Below are positions 6,216 through 17,076 of a stretch of 60,863 nucleotides of DNA, piece by piece. Position numbers and translations under genes: made by a program. The stretch's first letter is position 1; each line of letters starts with the position of its first letter. This DNA is from Clostridia bacterium (GTDB lineage Bacteria > Bacillota > Clostridia > TANB77 > CAG-508). Location: positions 1-60,863 of the forward strand of contig JAAVXM010000049.1 of the NCBI GenBank assembly GCA_022790575.1. Direction: 5' to 3'. The notes beneath the pieces were generated by a model that made no database searches, was not told the DNA's origin, and saw nothing but the letters and a program-made list of their open reading frames with translations.

Positions 6216-8372
6216 TTATCTTGCTTCTTCTGTATATGGAATTGCTGTTGTTGTCTCATTTACTGTTGTTGTTTCATTCATTCCAAAGTATTGTGTAAGA
6301 ACATCTCTTGCAACTTCTGCTGCATAGTTTCCATGTCCACCATTTTCTATTAAGACTACTGCTGCTACTTCTGGACTTTCATATGGTGCAAAACATACGA
6401 ACCATGCATCTACTATGTCATTATTATTTGAGTCTTTTCCCGCTTCTGCTGAACCTGTTTTTCCAGCAACCTCTACATGAAAGTTCTTGAATATATTATA
6501 TGCTGTTCCTCCTGCTTCACTTGTTGCCATTCTCATTCCTTCTTTTGCTATTGCAATATTAGCTGGATTTATGGTTATTCCATCATCTACATTTTCTGTT
6601 CCTAATTTTTCACTTGTATATGCCTCTATCTCTTCTCTTGGTACTTCTGTATTATCTGAGTTTAATATTGATTTTATTATTGTTGGCTTTATAACATTTC
6701 CACCATTTGCTATTGATGATATATATCTTGCTATTTGTATTGGTGTAAAGTTGTTATCTCCTTGCCCTATTGCTGATATTACTGTATCTCCTGGATACCA
6801 TCCTTCTCCATTCCTTAGTTTTGCTTTTGTCTCTTTTGAAGCAACAGAACCTGCTGATTCACTTGGTAATTCTATTCCAGTTTTCCTACCTAGTCCAAAG
6901 TGTAATGCATATTTTGATAGATTATCTATTCCCATTCTTAAGCCTGACTCATAAAAGAAATAGTTACATGAATGTTGTAATGCTTGTGTTACATTTACAT
7001 ATCCATGTCCTCTGTGATAACTTGTATAATACCAACATTTATATTGTTGATTCCCTATTTTATATACTCCTGTATCATTGATTTTTTCTTTTGCTGATAC
7101 TGCTCCTGTTTCTAATCCTGCAATTGCTGTTATCATTTTAAATGTTGAACCTGGCTCATATGCTGCTTGTATTGATTTATTTAACTGTGGATGTGATGGG
7201 TTTGTATTCAAGTAATTCCAATGCTCTGGTGATATTCCTCCTACAAACCACTCTGGTTCATATGAGGGATAACTGGCTGTTGCTAATACTTCTCCTGTAT
7301 TTACATTCATTAATACAACTGAACCACCTTTTGCATCATATGTTTGTGAGAATCCTCCACTTTTAATTTTGTTTATACATGCTTCTAATGCTTGCTCCGC
7401 AACTTTTTGAAGGTTTGAATCTATTGTTAATACAACATCACTTCCTGCTGTAGCATTTTTTGTAACATATTCTCCTGTAATTGTTCCATCTACAGCCATG
7501 TCCATTTGCTTTTCTCCATCTTCTCCTTTTAAGTATTTTTCAAATACATATTCTATCCCTGTTCTTCCAATTATATCATTACTGTCATATGTATCTTTTT
7601 TTGCTTTATATTCTTCTTCGTTTATTTTTCCTGTATATCCTATTACATGAGCTGCCATACTTCCTGCTAAATAAGTTCTTGCTGCATCTTCTGATATATT
7701 TACACCAGGAAATTCATTATTCCTCTCACTTATTTGTGCAACTATTTCTTCACTTACATCTTTAGCTATTATTATTGATTTTGTTGTACTATATCCTGTT
7801 GTTGTGATTTTATATCTTATTGATATTATTTTTTTGATTTCTTCAACATCTTCATTTACTATTTTGTATTTATCTTTGAATTTATAAAATGCTTCTTCTG
7901 CTCCTGCTTCTTCTTCTATTTTATACTTTTTCTTCCATTTCGCAAGTTCCTCTCCTTGTATTGTAAATTCAAATGGGTTCACTTTTATTGGAAATGCATC
8001 TGCAATTGTAACTTGATACTCATTTAGTAAATTTACTAATCTTAGAATTGTTTCATTTAATTCTTCATTTGCTATGTTCGTTTTGAATATTTCTACACTG
8101 TATTCTGTTCTTACTCCTGCTAATTCATTACCTGTTCTATCTACTATTGACCCTCTTGCAGATTGCATGGATGTTACTCTCGATAGTCTAGTGTTTGATT
8201 GCTCTCTATATGTATCTCCTTTTAATATCTGCAGATTAAACAATTGACCAATTAGCATTATTCCTATTATGTATATTAATATAATTATTATATTATATCT
8301 AAAATTTATCTGCTCATTTCCCATTTCTCTTTCCCATGACGTTTCTCTGTCAAATTTTATCCTATTGTTCAA
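6216..8372 (-). CDS. mrdA: penicillin-binding protein 2 (peptidoglycan D,D-transpeptidase)
   Basis: N-terminal TM segment, a PBP dimerisation region, and the STFK active-site motif (EPGSTFKMITA). Synteny with mreBCD. TTG start. Confidence 0.9.
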   Translation of the reverse strand: MNNRIKFDRETSWEREMGNEQINFRYNIIIILIYIIGIMLIGQLFNLQILKGDTYREQSNTRLSRVTSMQSARGSIVDRTGNELAGVRTEYSVEIFKTNIANEELNETILRLVNLLNEYQVTIADAFPIKVNPFEFTIQGEELAKWKKKYKIEEEAGAEEAFYKFKDKYKIVNEDVEEIKKIISIRYKITTTGYSTTKSIIIAKDVSEEIVAQISERNNEFPGVNISEDAARTYLAGSMAAHVIGYTGKINEEEYKAKKDTYDSNDIIGRTGIEYVFEKYLKGEDGEKQMDMAVDGTITGEYVTKNATAGSDVVLTIDSNLQKVAEQALEACINKIKSGGFSQTYDAKGGSVVLMNVNTGEVLATASYPSYEPEWFVGGISPEHWNYLNTNPSHPQLNKSIQAAYEPGSTFKMITAIAGLETGAVSAKEKINDTGVYKIGNQQYKCWYYTSYHRGHGYVNVTQALQHSCNYFFYESGLRMGIDNLSKYALHFGLGRKTGIELPSESAGSVASKETKAKLRNGEGWYPGDTVISAIGQGDNNFTPIQIARYISSIANGGNVIKPTIIKSILNSDNTEVPREEIEAYTSEKLGTENVDDGITINPANIAIAKEGMRMATSEAGGTAYNIFKNFHVEVAGKTGSAEAGKDSNNNDIVDAWFVCFAPYESPEVAAVVLIENGGHGNYAAEVARDVLTQYFGMNETTTVNETTTAIPYTEEAR

Positions 8373-8386
8373 TTGCTCACCTTCTT

Positions 8387-8920
8387 TCAGAAATATCTTG
8401 TTAATATTTTGTCACCTTTTACTTCGTTTTCTATTTCATATCCTGTAAATTTTAATAATGGATATAATATTGTTAATAATAGTAAATTGTATATAACTTC
8501 TACTCCTAAAGTCCTTGTAAATATTATTACCTCTAAGTTTGTACCAAATACCACATAGTTTATTATATATAGTATTACTTCATATATTATTGTACACATT
8601 GCTCCCATAAATAGTAATGTTATTCTACTGTCTTTGGAAAAGTTTTTGTCAAATATCCCTCCTAATAGTCCTATTAGTGCTAAACATATTGAGGTTATTC
8701 CCATACTTCTCCCTATCCATATATCTATAAATATTCCACATATTATTCCATGTATTATCCCCATGCTTCTTCCTAAATATAGTCCTATATATAACATGAA
8801 TATTATAAACATGTTTGGCATTACCCCTGCTATCGTAAAGTTGGTAAAAATGTTCGTTTGTAAAAAGTATATTATTAGCATTGTAATTATTAATAAAACT
8901 TGTATTATGATTTTTTTCAT
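8387..8920 (-). CDS. mreD: rod shape-determining protein MreD
   Basis: Polytopic small membrane protein directly after mreC. The ATG at 8920 has a GAAAGGAA RBS. Confidence 0.8.
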   Translation of the reverse strand: MKKIIIQVLLIITMLIIYFLQTNIFTNFTIAGVMPNMFIIFMLYIGLYLGRSMGIIHGIICGIFIDIWIGRSMGITSICLALIGLLGGIFDKNFSKDSRITLLFMGAMCTIIYEVILYIINYVVFGTNLEVIIFTRTLGVEVIYNLLLLTILYPLLKFTGYEIENEVKGDKILTRYF

Positions 8921-8988
8921 ATTTAATAACATTCCTTTCTCAAGGCACAAGTTGGTTGGAAAAGATTTAATTTTTCAACCTTACTCCC

Positions 8989-9807
8989 CTATTGGTTTGT
9001 TATGACAAGAACTGTCTCTAATTTTTCAAAGTCTACTGCTGCTTCTACTAAAGCATATGAGTCTGTTTTATTTGTTCCTTCAACTATCTTTTTGATTTTT
9101 CCTATATGTATCCCTTTTATATATATTCCTCCTAATCCTGATGTTTCAACACTGTCTCCTTGTATGATGTTTGCATTTGTTGCTATATTGTTTGCTCTTA
9201 ATACAGAATTATTTTCTATTGTTCCTTTACATATCATACTGTCTCTTGTTGTACTTGCTAAACAACTTGTTGCACTTGCACTGTCTACTATTGTCTGTAT
9301 TTTTGCCGTTTTTGCTGTTACTGATACAACATATCCAACAAGTCCTTCATCTGCAATTACTGTCATATGTTCTTGTATTCCATTATCACTTCCAACATTT
9401 ATTACTATAGTTTTTGAATAGTTACTGATGTCTCTTGATATTATAGTTCCTGGTACTGTTTTGTATTCTCCATATTTTTCTGCAAGATTTAGTTGCTGTT
9501 TTAATTGGTCATTTTCATTTTTCATTATTTCAAATTCTCTTAATGTCTGCTCTAATTCACTTTTCTTTTTCTTTAATTCCTCATTTTCTGATTTTAATTG
9601 ATTTACATTTTCAAAAAACTTGTCATTATTATTTAATGTGTTTTTTAAATATGTTAATCCATTCTGTACAGGTACTATTAGAGTGTTTGCTATGTTTTCA
9701 ATTATTGATATCTCTTTTGAGCCTGTGTTTGTAAACACAATTAATAATATTAGAATGATTGTTGTTACAATAATTCCAATCATTCCTCCTTTTTTATCTC
9801 TCTCCAT
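8989..9807 (-). CDS. mreC: rod shape-determining protein MreC
   Basis: N-terminal TM segment, coiled coil, and beta-barrel C-terminal domains. Synteny. Confidence 0.85.
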   Translation of the reverse strand: MERDKKGGMIGIIVTTIILILLIVFTNTGSKEISIIENIANTLIVPVQNGLTYLKNTLNNNDKFFENVNQLKSENEELKKKKSELEQTLREFEIMKNENDQLKQQLNLAEKYGEYKTVPGTIISRDISNYSKTIVINVGSDNGIQEHMTVIADEGLVGYVVSVTAKTAKIQTIVDSASATSCLASTTRDSMICKGTIENNSVLRANNIATNANIIQGDSVETSGLGGIYIKGIHIGKIKKIVEGTNKTDSYALVEAAVDFEKLETVLVITNQ

Positions 9808-9816
9808 ATTATTCCT

Positions 9817-10848
9817 CTATCTTCTTTTTCTAGAATTTGCTAGAATTCTTTTTAATTTTTCTAAGTCTTGTAATGTTTTTTCTGTTCCTCTTACTACACA
9901 GTCTAATGGTTCATCAGCTACATATACTGGCATTCCTGTTTCAAAACTTATTAGTTTGTCTAAGTTTTGTATTAAGGCTCCTCCTCCTGCTAATACTATG
10001 CCTTTTTCCATTATGTCTGATGCTAATTCTGGTGGTGTCTTTTCTAGTGTCGTTTTTACTATTTCTACTATCTTTCCTATTGATTCTTTCATCGCTTCTT
10101 CTATTTGTATTGATGTTATTTGTACTGTTCTTGGTAGCCCTGTTCCTAAGTCTCTTCCTTTTACTTTCATTGGTGTCTCTGTCATCAATGGCATTGCACA
10201 TCCTATTTCTTTTTTTATCTGTTCTGCTGTTGTTTCTCCTATTGCTAAATTTAATTCCCTTTTTATATAGTTTATTATGTCTTCATTTAATTCGTCTCCT
10301 GCTACTCTTAATGAGTTACTTATTACTATTCCTCCTAATGATATTACTGCAACTTCTGTTGTTCCCCCTCCAATATCTACTATTATGTTTCCACTTGGTT
10401 CTTCTATTTCTATTCCTGCTCCTATTGCTGCTGCCATTGGCTCTTCTATTAAATAAACTTCTCTTGCTCCTGCATGTATAATTGTTTCTTCTACTGCTCT
10501 TTCTTCTACTTCTGTTATCCCTGATGGTACTCCTACTATTACTCTCGGTCTCATCGCATTGTATCTTTTACTTACTCTTTCTACTATGTTTTTTAATAAT
10601 ATTTTTGTCGCAGTAAAGTCTGCAATTACTCCATCTTTTAATGGTCTAATTGCTTTTATTTCTTTTGGCGTTCTTCCTAACATTTCCTTGGCTTCAAAGC
10701 CTGTCGCTATTGTTTCTCCTGTTTGAGTATCTATTGCCACTACTGATGGTTCTCTTAGTATTACTCCTTTTCCTTTTATTGTTACTAATATGTTTGCTGT
10801 TCCTAAATCTATTCCTATGTCTTTAGATTTGAATGACAAAAAATTCAT
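9817..10848 (-). CDS. mreB: rod shape-determining protein MreB (actin-like ATPase)
   Basis: DIGIDLGTANILV phosphate-1 motif and DIGGGTTEVAV. Confidence 0.95.
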   Translation of the reverse strand: MNFLSFKSKDIGIDLGTANILVTIKGKGVILREPSVVAIDTQTGETIATGFEAKEMLGRTPKEIKAIRPLKDGVIADFTATKILLKNIVERVSKRYNAMRPRVIVGVPSGITEVEERAVEETIIHAGAREVYLIEEPMAAAIGAGIEIEEPSGNIIVDIGGGTTEVAVISLGGIVISNSLRVAGDELNEDIINYIKRELNLAIGETTAEQIKKEIGCAMPLMTETPMKVKGRDLGTGLPRTVQITSIQIEEAMKESIGKIVEIVKTTLEKTPPELASDIMEKGIVLAGGGALIQNLDKLISFETGMPVYVADEPLDCVVRGTEKTLQDLEKLKRILANSRKRR

Positions 10849-11561
10849 TTTCTCTCTTCCCTTTCGTTTTGTAATCTTTTTGAAAAAATACTTGTATAAT
10901 TATTATTCCCTATTACTATGTGGTCTAACATTTTTATTCCTAATATTTCTGATGCTTGTTCGACTTTTTCTGTGAGCTCTATGTCTTTTTTACTTGGCGT
11001 TGAGTCTCCACTTGGGTGATTATGTACTAGTATTATTTTTGATGCTTCTATTTTTACTGCTTCATTAAGTATTGACCTAATTGTTGCTATTACAAAATTG
11101 CTACTGCCTATTGCTATATCTTTAATCTTTAACAGGCTGTTTCTATTATCTAACATTGCAACTTTTAATATCTCTTGTTTTTCAAATCTCATTTTTTCTG
11201 TTAGTATTTTGGCTATGTCTCCTGGTGTTTTTATTATCTTTTCTTTGTAATTTGTTATTGAGTTCATTCGTATCGCTATTTCACATAAGGCTTTTATCTG
11301 TATTGCTTTTATTTTTCCTATTCCTTTTATTTTCATAAATTCTTCTACTGCTATTTCTCTTAAAAAACTTAGACCGTCTTCTTCTTCATTACTATTTAAT
11401 TTTAGTATTCTTTGAGCTAGTCCAATTGCAGTGTCTTCTTTTGTTCCCGTTTTTATTATTATTGCTAGTAATTCTGCATTTGTTAATGCTTTCTCTCCAT
11501 ATTGCTCTAATTTCTCGTATGGTCTTTCTGCTTTTGGCAATTCTTTCATTTTTATTGGCAT
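10845..11561 (-). CDS. radC: RadC-family JAMM protein
   Basis: HNHPSGDSTPSKKD JAMM motif and an HhH N-terminal region. Upstream of mreB, as in many Firmicutes. Confidence 0.9.
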   Translation of the reverse strand: MPIKMKELPKAERPYEKLEQYGEKALTNAELLAIIIKTGTKEDTAIGLAQRILKLNSNEEEDGLSFLREIAVEEFMKIKGIGKIKAIQIKALCEIAIRMNSITNYKEKIIKTPGDIAKILTEKMRFEKQEILKVAMLDNRNSLLKIKDIAIGSSNFVIATIRSILNEAVKIEASKIILVHNHPSGDSTPSKKDIELTEKVEQASEILGIKMLDHIVIGNNNYTSIFSKRLQNEREERK

Positions 11562-11790
11562 TTCTTCTCCATTCCTGCCCCTACGGAAATTACTATTCTA
11601 CCGTGGTACTATTATATATTGATTTTGTGTTTTTTTCAAGTATTATGTGAATTTTTTTGAATATTTATGCTATTTTATATAGACAAATTTTTTATTTTTT
11701 CTATCTTTGTTTTTTAATTACCAAAATTTGTTCCTTTAAATATAATATTATTAGTAGTATAATATATTTATAGATAATGGAGGTTTTGCA

Positions 11791-12357
11791 ATGAAGTTTG
11801 AAAAATTGAATGATAGTAAAATAAAAATAATCTTTACTTTGACAGATATTATGTCAAATGATTTTTCAGTTGATGAGTTTTTTGAAAATAATTCTGTTTC
11901 AAGTGAGTTTTTAGAGAGTGTACTTGGAAAGGCTGAAAAAGAAGTCGGATTTAAGACTGATGATTGCAAATTGCTTGTAGAGGCTATTAAAAGTTCAAAA
12001 AATGAAATGGTTTTTACTATTACAAAAATTTGTGAGTCTGATAACTTAGATGTTTATTTGAATTTAGCTTTTAAGTTTGATTGTTTGGATGATTTCTTGA
12101 ATTTGTGTACATATATGAAGAATATGGACTTTTCTAATTTGGATAATTGCCATGCCCTTTTTTCTTTATATTTATATAATAATTCATATTATCTCTGCAT
12201 TTCAAATTATGGCTGTTTAAATGGTCTGGTTTTGAATGTATTTAATGAGTTTGCTAAAAAGATTCCTTATACAGCTAGACTGGATGGTATGTTATGTGAG
12301 TATGGAAAAGCTCTTTTTAAAGAAAAAGATTTTTGCTCTTGTTTAAATATGGCATAA
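11791..12357 (+). CDS. mecA: adaptor protein MecA-like
   Basis: The N-terminus MKFEKLNDSKIKIIFTLTDIMSNDFSVDEFF parallels the MecA N-terminal domain pattern. The call is from memory only. Confidence 0.55.
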   Translation: MKFEKLNDSKIKIIFTLTDIMSNDFSVDEFFENNSVSSEFLESVLGKAEKEVGFKTDDCKLLVEAIKSSKNEMVFTITKICESDNLDVYLNLAFKFDCLDDFLNLCTYMKNMDFSNLDNCHALFSLYLYNNSYYLCISNYGCLNGLVLNVFNEFAKKIPYTARLDGMLCEYGKALFKEKDFCSCLNMA

Positions 12358-12385
12358 TATATTTTGAAACTTTACATCTATTTGA

Positions 12386-12419
12386 AAAAGAAGGAGAACT
12401 TGTATTCTCCTTCTTTTTT
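12386..12419. terminator. bidirectional terminator hairpin
   Basis: AAAAGAAGGAGAA ... TTCTCCTTCTTTT with a T run. Confidence 0.6.
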
Positions 12420-12453
12420 GATAATTCTTATGTAAATTTTGTATTTTTAACTT

Positions 12454-13470
12454 TTAATAAACATAGTTTTGTGGATTATGTGCTACTCCATTTACTCTAA
12501 CTTCTAAATGTAAATGTGGTCCTGTACTATTACCTGTATTTCCTACTGCTGCAATTACCTCACCTTGATTTACACGTTCTCCAGCTTTTGCATATAGTTT
12601 ACTACAGTGTGCATAATATGTTTCTATTCCATTTCCATGTGATATTACTATCATGTATCCAAATGAACCTTTTGAACCTGAAAATTTGACTGTTCCTGAT
12701 GCTGCCGCTTTTATTGGTGTTCCAGTTTTTGCACCTATGTCTAATCCAGTATGATTACTTACTCTTCTACTACTTCTTGCTCCAAATCTTGATGTTATTG
12801 TTCCACTTATAGGTCTTATTAAGTTTACTCCTAATGGTACTTTTTGATATGATATATTTGTTGATGTACTTACCTTTTTGTTAGCTACTTTTTTATTAGT
12901 ATTTACTGGTTGCTCTACTACTTTCTTTTCTACATACAATGCAGCTACTGTTGCTTCTACATCTGATAACTCTGCCATCTCTGGTCTATATAATTCTAAT
13001 ATTGAAATTTTGTCTATATTGTCACTGTTCTTTTCTTTCAATTTTGCAACGATTTCTTCTGCTGCTGAGAAATCTGAAACATATGCTTTTTCTTCTTCCT
13101 CTAATAATATTGCATAATATTTATAATATGATACTCCTGATTGTTTTATTTTTTCAAATATTTCTTCATCATTTGTTACTACATTTCTCTTTAGCAAACA
13201 TAATTTATATTCTGGTAAATTTTCTGTTGGTATTTGAACAAAGGCTATGTTTTTGTTTTCTTCGTCTTCTTCACCTTCTGTATATGTATTTATTCTGTTT
13301 TGTAGTTTTATTTTGTCTCCAGTGTATCCTACTTGCTCTCCATTTATACTTACACTATATATGGGTTTGAAAAATAGTACTACTGCACATATTATTAAAA
13401 ATATTGATATAGCAAAGAGTATTGTTAATTTCATTGACTTTCTTGCAATTACTAATATTTTCTTTATCAT
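12454..13470 (-). CDS. M23 family metallopeptidase (peptidoglycan endopeptidase), membrane anchored
   Basis: HTGLDIGAKTGTPI ... GNTGNSTGPHLHLEV motifs and an N-terminal TM segment. Confidence 0.85.
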   Translation of the reverse strand: MIKKILVIARKSMKLTILFAISIFLIICAVVLFFKPIYSVSINGEQVGYTGDKIKLQNRINTYTEGEEDEENKNIAFVQIPTENLPEYKLCLLKRNVVTNDEEIFEKIKQSGVSYYKYYAILLEEEEKAYVSDFSAAEEIVAKLKEKNSDNIDKISILELYRPEMAELSDVEATVAALYVEKKVVEQPVNTNKKVANKKVSTSTNISYQKVPLGVNLIRPISGTITSRFGARSSRRVSNHTGLDIGAKTGTPIKAAASGTVKFSGSKGSFGYMIVISHGNGIETYYAHCSKLYAKAGERVNQGEVIAAVGNTGNSTGPHLHLEVRVNGVAHNPQNYVY

Positions 13471-13687
13471 TTATACATCTCCCTTGTACATTCTTTTTTT
13501 GTATTTTATATTATTTTTATGTATTTTCGCAATTTTTCTTAAAGCCTATTTGTTATTATTTTCCTCTTTTTTTCTCTTATATACTCTTCCGTTTTCTTTA
13601 TTTCTCTTTTTCGTTAATTATTGTTTTTTTATTTCTTATACTTTTGGTAATTGTGTTAGAAACTAATATTTTATAAAAAATAAAAAT

Positions 13688-13736
13688 AAAAACCATCATT
13701 AAGTAACAGGGCTGTATTACTTAATGATGGTTTTAA
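13688..13736. terminator. bidirectional terminator hairpin
   Basis: AACCATCATTAAGTAA ... TTACTTAATGATGGTT flanked by A and T runs. Confidence 0.6.
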
Positions 13737-13758
13737 AGGAATTTAAAAAGTGAAAGTC

Positions 13759-14007
13759 TTATCCTTGTTGTAATTCTGTTTGTACAGTTTGTACTTCTGT
13801 TGTAGTAGCTTTTTGTGCTGGTTTATAATAACCTTTTGCATAAGCTACTTTGAATAATTCATATTGAAAACTTTCATCATTATTTCTTATTTGTTGAAAA
13901 GTTTGTCTTAATTGCATATTTTCAGACTCTGATATAGCTGTTTGATATGCAGTTAAATCTGCTTTTACACTTCCTAAAATGTCATTAACCATTGTTTTTT
14001 CATTCAT
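13759..14007 (-). CDS. spore coat protein, CotF-like
   Basis: The pattern NDILGSVKADLTAYQTAISESENMQLRQTFQQIRNNDE is typical of the Coat F domain. Confidence 0.65.
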   Translation of the reverse strand: MNEKTMVNDILGSVKADLTAYQTAISESENMQLRQTFQQIRNNDESFQYELFKVAYAKGYYKPAQKATTTEVQTVQTELQQG

Positions 14008-14063
14008 TATAATCTCATCCTCTCTTTCCCAAGGTATTAAAGTTTTTTCTAACCTAACCTTTA

Positions 14064-14252
14064 CTAATTATTTAGAAAACTCATCAATCTTTGTTTTGTG
14101 TTTAGTGCATCTTGTGCTGACTTTGTGAACATTTGCTTTATTTGAGCATCTTGCACTTGAGTTGCATATGCTGATAACTTTTCATATGCTGTTTCATGTG
14201 CTCCTATTAAATGTCTTAGATGTTGTAATTCTATTTGTGTTAAATCTGCCAT
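14064..14252 (-). CDS. spore coat protein F-like small partner protein
   Basis: MADLTQIELQHLRHLIGAHETAYEKL... with a GAAAGGA RBS before the ATG at 14252. Paired with the previous gene. Confidence 0.6.
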   Translation of the reverse strand: MADLTQIELQHLRHLIGAHETAYEKLSAYATQVQDAQIKQMFTKSAQDALNTKQRLMSFLNN

Positions 14253-14395
14253 AATAATCATCCTTTCTAAAGTTTTATTATTGCTATTATGTGCAAATTT
14301 TCCATATTTATACACTTAATTATATAATAAAATAAACCAGTTACAATATATTGAATTTTCAAAATATCATAACTGATTATTTTTTTATTACATTT

Positions 14396-16732
14396 TTATA
14401 TTATTTCTAATTTAGCAAATTTAGCCATAAGCCTTTTATGACCTGCTTTGTCAAAATTAATGTCAACTTTTAAATCATTACCTTCTTCTTCAACATAATT
14501 AATCGTTCCTTCACCAAACTTCTTGTGATATACTCTAACACCTGCTTGGTATGAAGATAAATCAATATCTTGACTTCCAGTAACTGCCTTATTTAAGTTA
14601 TTTAAGAAACTTTCTGCACTTCTAAAGTTAAATCCTTTCTTTGTATTAGCACTATTAGAGGTTGAAGCTGTTGATGCCGAAGCTGCATATTCTGGTTCTT
14701 GAATTTTATATGTCTTAATATTTCCATTATTTTTGCTACCATAGCTCCAAGAATAATTACTATTGCCAAATGTATTTGCTATATTTGAATGTTTTTCTTC
14801 TTTTATGTCTTCATATCCATCTAATAATTCTTTTGGTATTTCCTGCAAAAATCTTGATGGTGGATTATATGTTGTTGTTCCAAATGTTGTCCTCTGTTTA
14901 CTATTTGTTAAATATAAGTTTTCCTTTGCTCTTGTAACTCCTACATAACATAAACGTCTTTCTTCTTCTAATTCCTTTTGTTCTCCAATAGACTTATACC
15001 CTGGAAATATTCCTTCTTCCATTCCAACTAAGAATACTACTGAAAATTCTAGTCCTTTAGCACTGTGTAATGTCATTAATGTTACTGATTCTTCAGTGTC
15101 TTCTACATTATCTAAATCACTAGATAATGTTATTCCCTCTAAGAATTCTCTTAAGCCATTTTCTGCTGATTCTTCTTCAAATTCTACTGCTACTGTTAAG
15201 AATTCTTCTAGGTTTGCTATTCTATTTTCTGCTTCTACTGTTTTTTCATTTTCTAATGCTTTTGTATACCCTGTGTCTTTTAATATTTTTTTAACCAATT
15301 TTGATATACTTAAATTGTCTTTTTCTGCAATTATTGTTTCCATACAGTTTATAAATTCTCTTGAGTTTAGATATACTCTGTTTAGTCCATATTGGTCTGC
15401 ATTTTTAATCACTTCATACATTGAAACTCTATTTTCTGTTGCAATTTTTTCTACATTATCTAGACTTGTTTTTCCAATTCCTCTTTTGGGCTCATTTATT
15501 ACTCTATTTAGGCTTAAATTATCTGATGTATTTTGAACTAATCTTAAATATGAAATGATATCTTTTATTTCTTTTCTTTCATAGAATTTTAGTCCTCCTA
15601 CAATTTTGTATGGTATTCCTTCTCTTCTGAATATTTCTTCTATTGCTCTTGATTGAGTATTCATTCTATATAAAATTGTAAAGTCTGAATATTTGTAATA
15701 TTCTTCTCTTCTCAAATGTTCAATTTCTTCTGCTATATATTTACCTTCATCATATTCATTGTCTGCTGAATGAACTTTTGGTAGATTCCCTTCATCATTT
15801 TCTGTCCATAATTTTTTGTCATATTTTACTTCATTATTTTTTATTACTGCATTTGCAACTCTTAATATGTTTCCTGTACATCTGTAGTTTTGCTCTAATT
15901 TTATTATTTTTGTTCCAGGAAAGTCTTTTTCAAAATTTAGTATATTTGATATATCAGCTCCTCTGAAACTGTATATCCCTTGGTCATTGTCTCCAACTGC
16001 TGTTATATTGCCATGTTTTGAAGCAAGCATTGTTATTAATGTAAATTGTGATTTATTTGTATCTTGATATTCATCTACTAGTATGTATTGAAATTTGTTT
16101 GTATAATATTCTAATACATCTGGATTTTCCATTAGTATTTTTATTGTGTAATTTATGATGTCATCAAAATCTATTGCATTATTTTCTCTTAATCTATTTT
16201 GGTACATTGTATATACTTGTGCTATTTTTTCTTTCCTATAATCTCCATGTACTTTTAATGTATATGTATCTGGTTCTAACATGTCGTTTTTAGCATTACT
16301 TATCTCTGATGCAACTGCTCTATCATTAAATAATTTGTCATCTATTTGTAATTCTTTTAAACATTGCTTTATTAATGTTTTTTGGTCTGCTGTGTCAAAT
16401 ATTATAAATGATGAGTCAAACCCTATTCTGTCTATAAATCTCCTCAAAATTCTTACACATATTGAGTGAAATGTTCCTACCCACATGTCTTTGCTTACAT
16501 CTCCAACTAGGTTTGCTATTCTTTCTTTCATCTCATTTGCTGCTTTATTAGTAAATGTTATTGCTAATATGTTCCATGGTAAAACTTTTTTCTCATCTAC
16601 TAAATAAGCAATTTTATGTGTTAATACTTTTGTTTTTCCACTTCCTGCTCCCGCTATTACTAAACATGGTCCTTCTGCATTTATTACTGCTTCATATTGC
16701 TTGTCATTTAATCCTTCTAGTATATTTTTCAT
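14396..16732 (-). CDS. pcrA: ATP-dependent DNA helicase PcrA (UvrD family)
   Basis: Walker A AGAGSGKTKVLTHK, DEYQDTN, and the remaining superfamily 1 helicase motifs. Confidence 0.93.
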   Translation of the reverse strand: MKNILEGLNDKQYEAVINAEGPCLVIAGAGSGKTKVLTHKIAYLVDEKKVLPWNILAITFTNKAANEMKERIANLVGDVSKDMWVGTFHSICVRILRRFIDRIGFDSSFIIFDTADQKTLIKQCLKELQIDDKLFNDRAVASEISNAKNDMLEPDTYTLKVHGDYRKEKIAQVYTMYQNRLRENNAIDFDDIINYTIKILMENPDVLEYYTNKFQYILVDEYQDTNKSQFTLITMLASKHGNITAVGDNDQGIYSFRGADISNILNFEKDFPGTKIIKLEQNYRCTGNILRVANAVIKNNEVKYDKKLWTENDEGNLPKVHSADNEYDEGKYIAEEIEHLRREEYYKYSDFTILYRMNTQSRAIEEIFRREGIPYKIVGGLKFYERKEIKDIISYLRLVQNTSDNLSLNRVINEPKRGIGKTSLDNVEKIATENRVSMYEVIKNADQYGLNRVYLNSREFINCMETIIAEKDNLSISKLVKKILKDTGYTKALENEKTVEAENRIANLEEFLTVAVEFEEESAENGLREFLEGITLSSDLDNVEDTEESVTLMTLHSAKGLEFSVVFLVGMEEGIFPGYKSIGEQKELEEERRLCYVGVTRAKENLYLTNSKQRTTFGTTTYNPPSRFLQEIPKELLDGYEDIKEEKHSNIANTFGNSNYSWSYGSKNNGNIKTYKIQEPEYAASASTASTSNSANTKKGFNFRSAESFLNNLNKAVTGSQDIDLSSYQAGVRVYHKKFGEGTINYVEEEGNDLKVDINFDKAGHKRLMAKFAKLEII

Positions 16733-16734
16733 TA

Positions 16735-17076
16735 TTATTTTATTTCTCCTTTTATTGTTACTTCATATCGTTTATCACTTTTTTTAAATATTATAGTATA
16801 TGGTCCTTCTCCAGTTAGTGTATAATTGTCTTGTCCAATATTCTTGTCTAATTCATTTTGTAAATTTTCTTTTGTTACTTCTCCCCACTTGTTTAGTGTC
16901 ATTGCTTCTGTTACAGCTATATTTAGCTGTTCTTTTTCGTCTCTATTCTCTGTTAACTCTTTTGCTTGCTCAGTATTATTTAATAAGTCATCTTTCCCTG
17001 ATAATGTTCTTAAACTTACTCCTGCTAATATTAATATTACTACTATTGTTACCACTAAGGCTATTAGTGTTATTCC
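16735..17076 (-). other. leaderless pilin-like module fused to the prfA 3' end
   Basis: [32 protein letters not shown]... for 114 codons. It has the same architecture as the N-terminal ~115 aa of the gene at 36114-37613. The stop abuts the pcrA ATG. Confidence 0.7.

Noticed and set aside
9837-10481. Long Leu/Phe-rich ORFs on the plus strand, for example 9837-10481, 16800-17411, 36338-37207, 20057-20683 and 52323-52775.
   Set aside because: They are antisense to well-supported minus-strand genes. Their Leu/Phe/Ser low-complexity translations are what the complement of purine-rich AT-biased codons produces. They have no RBS or motifs.
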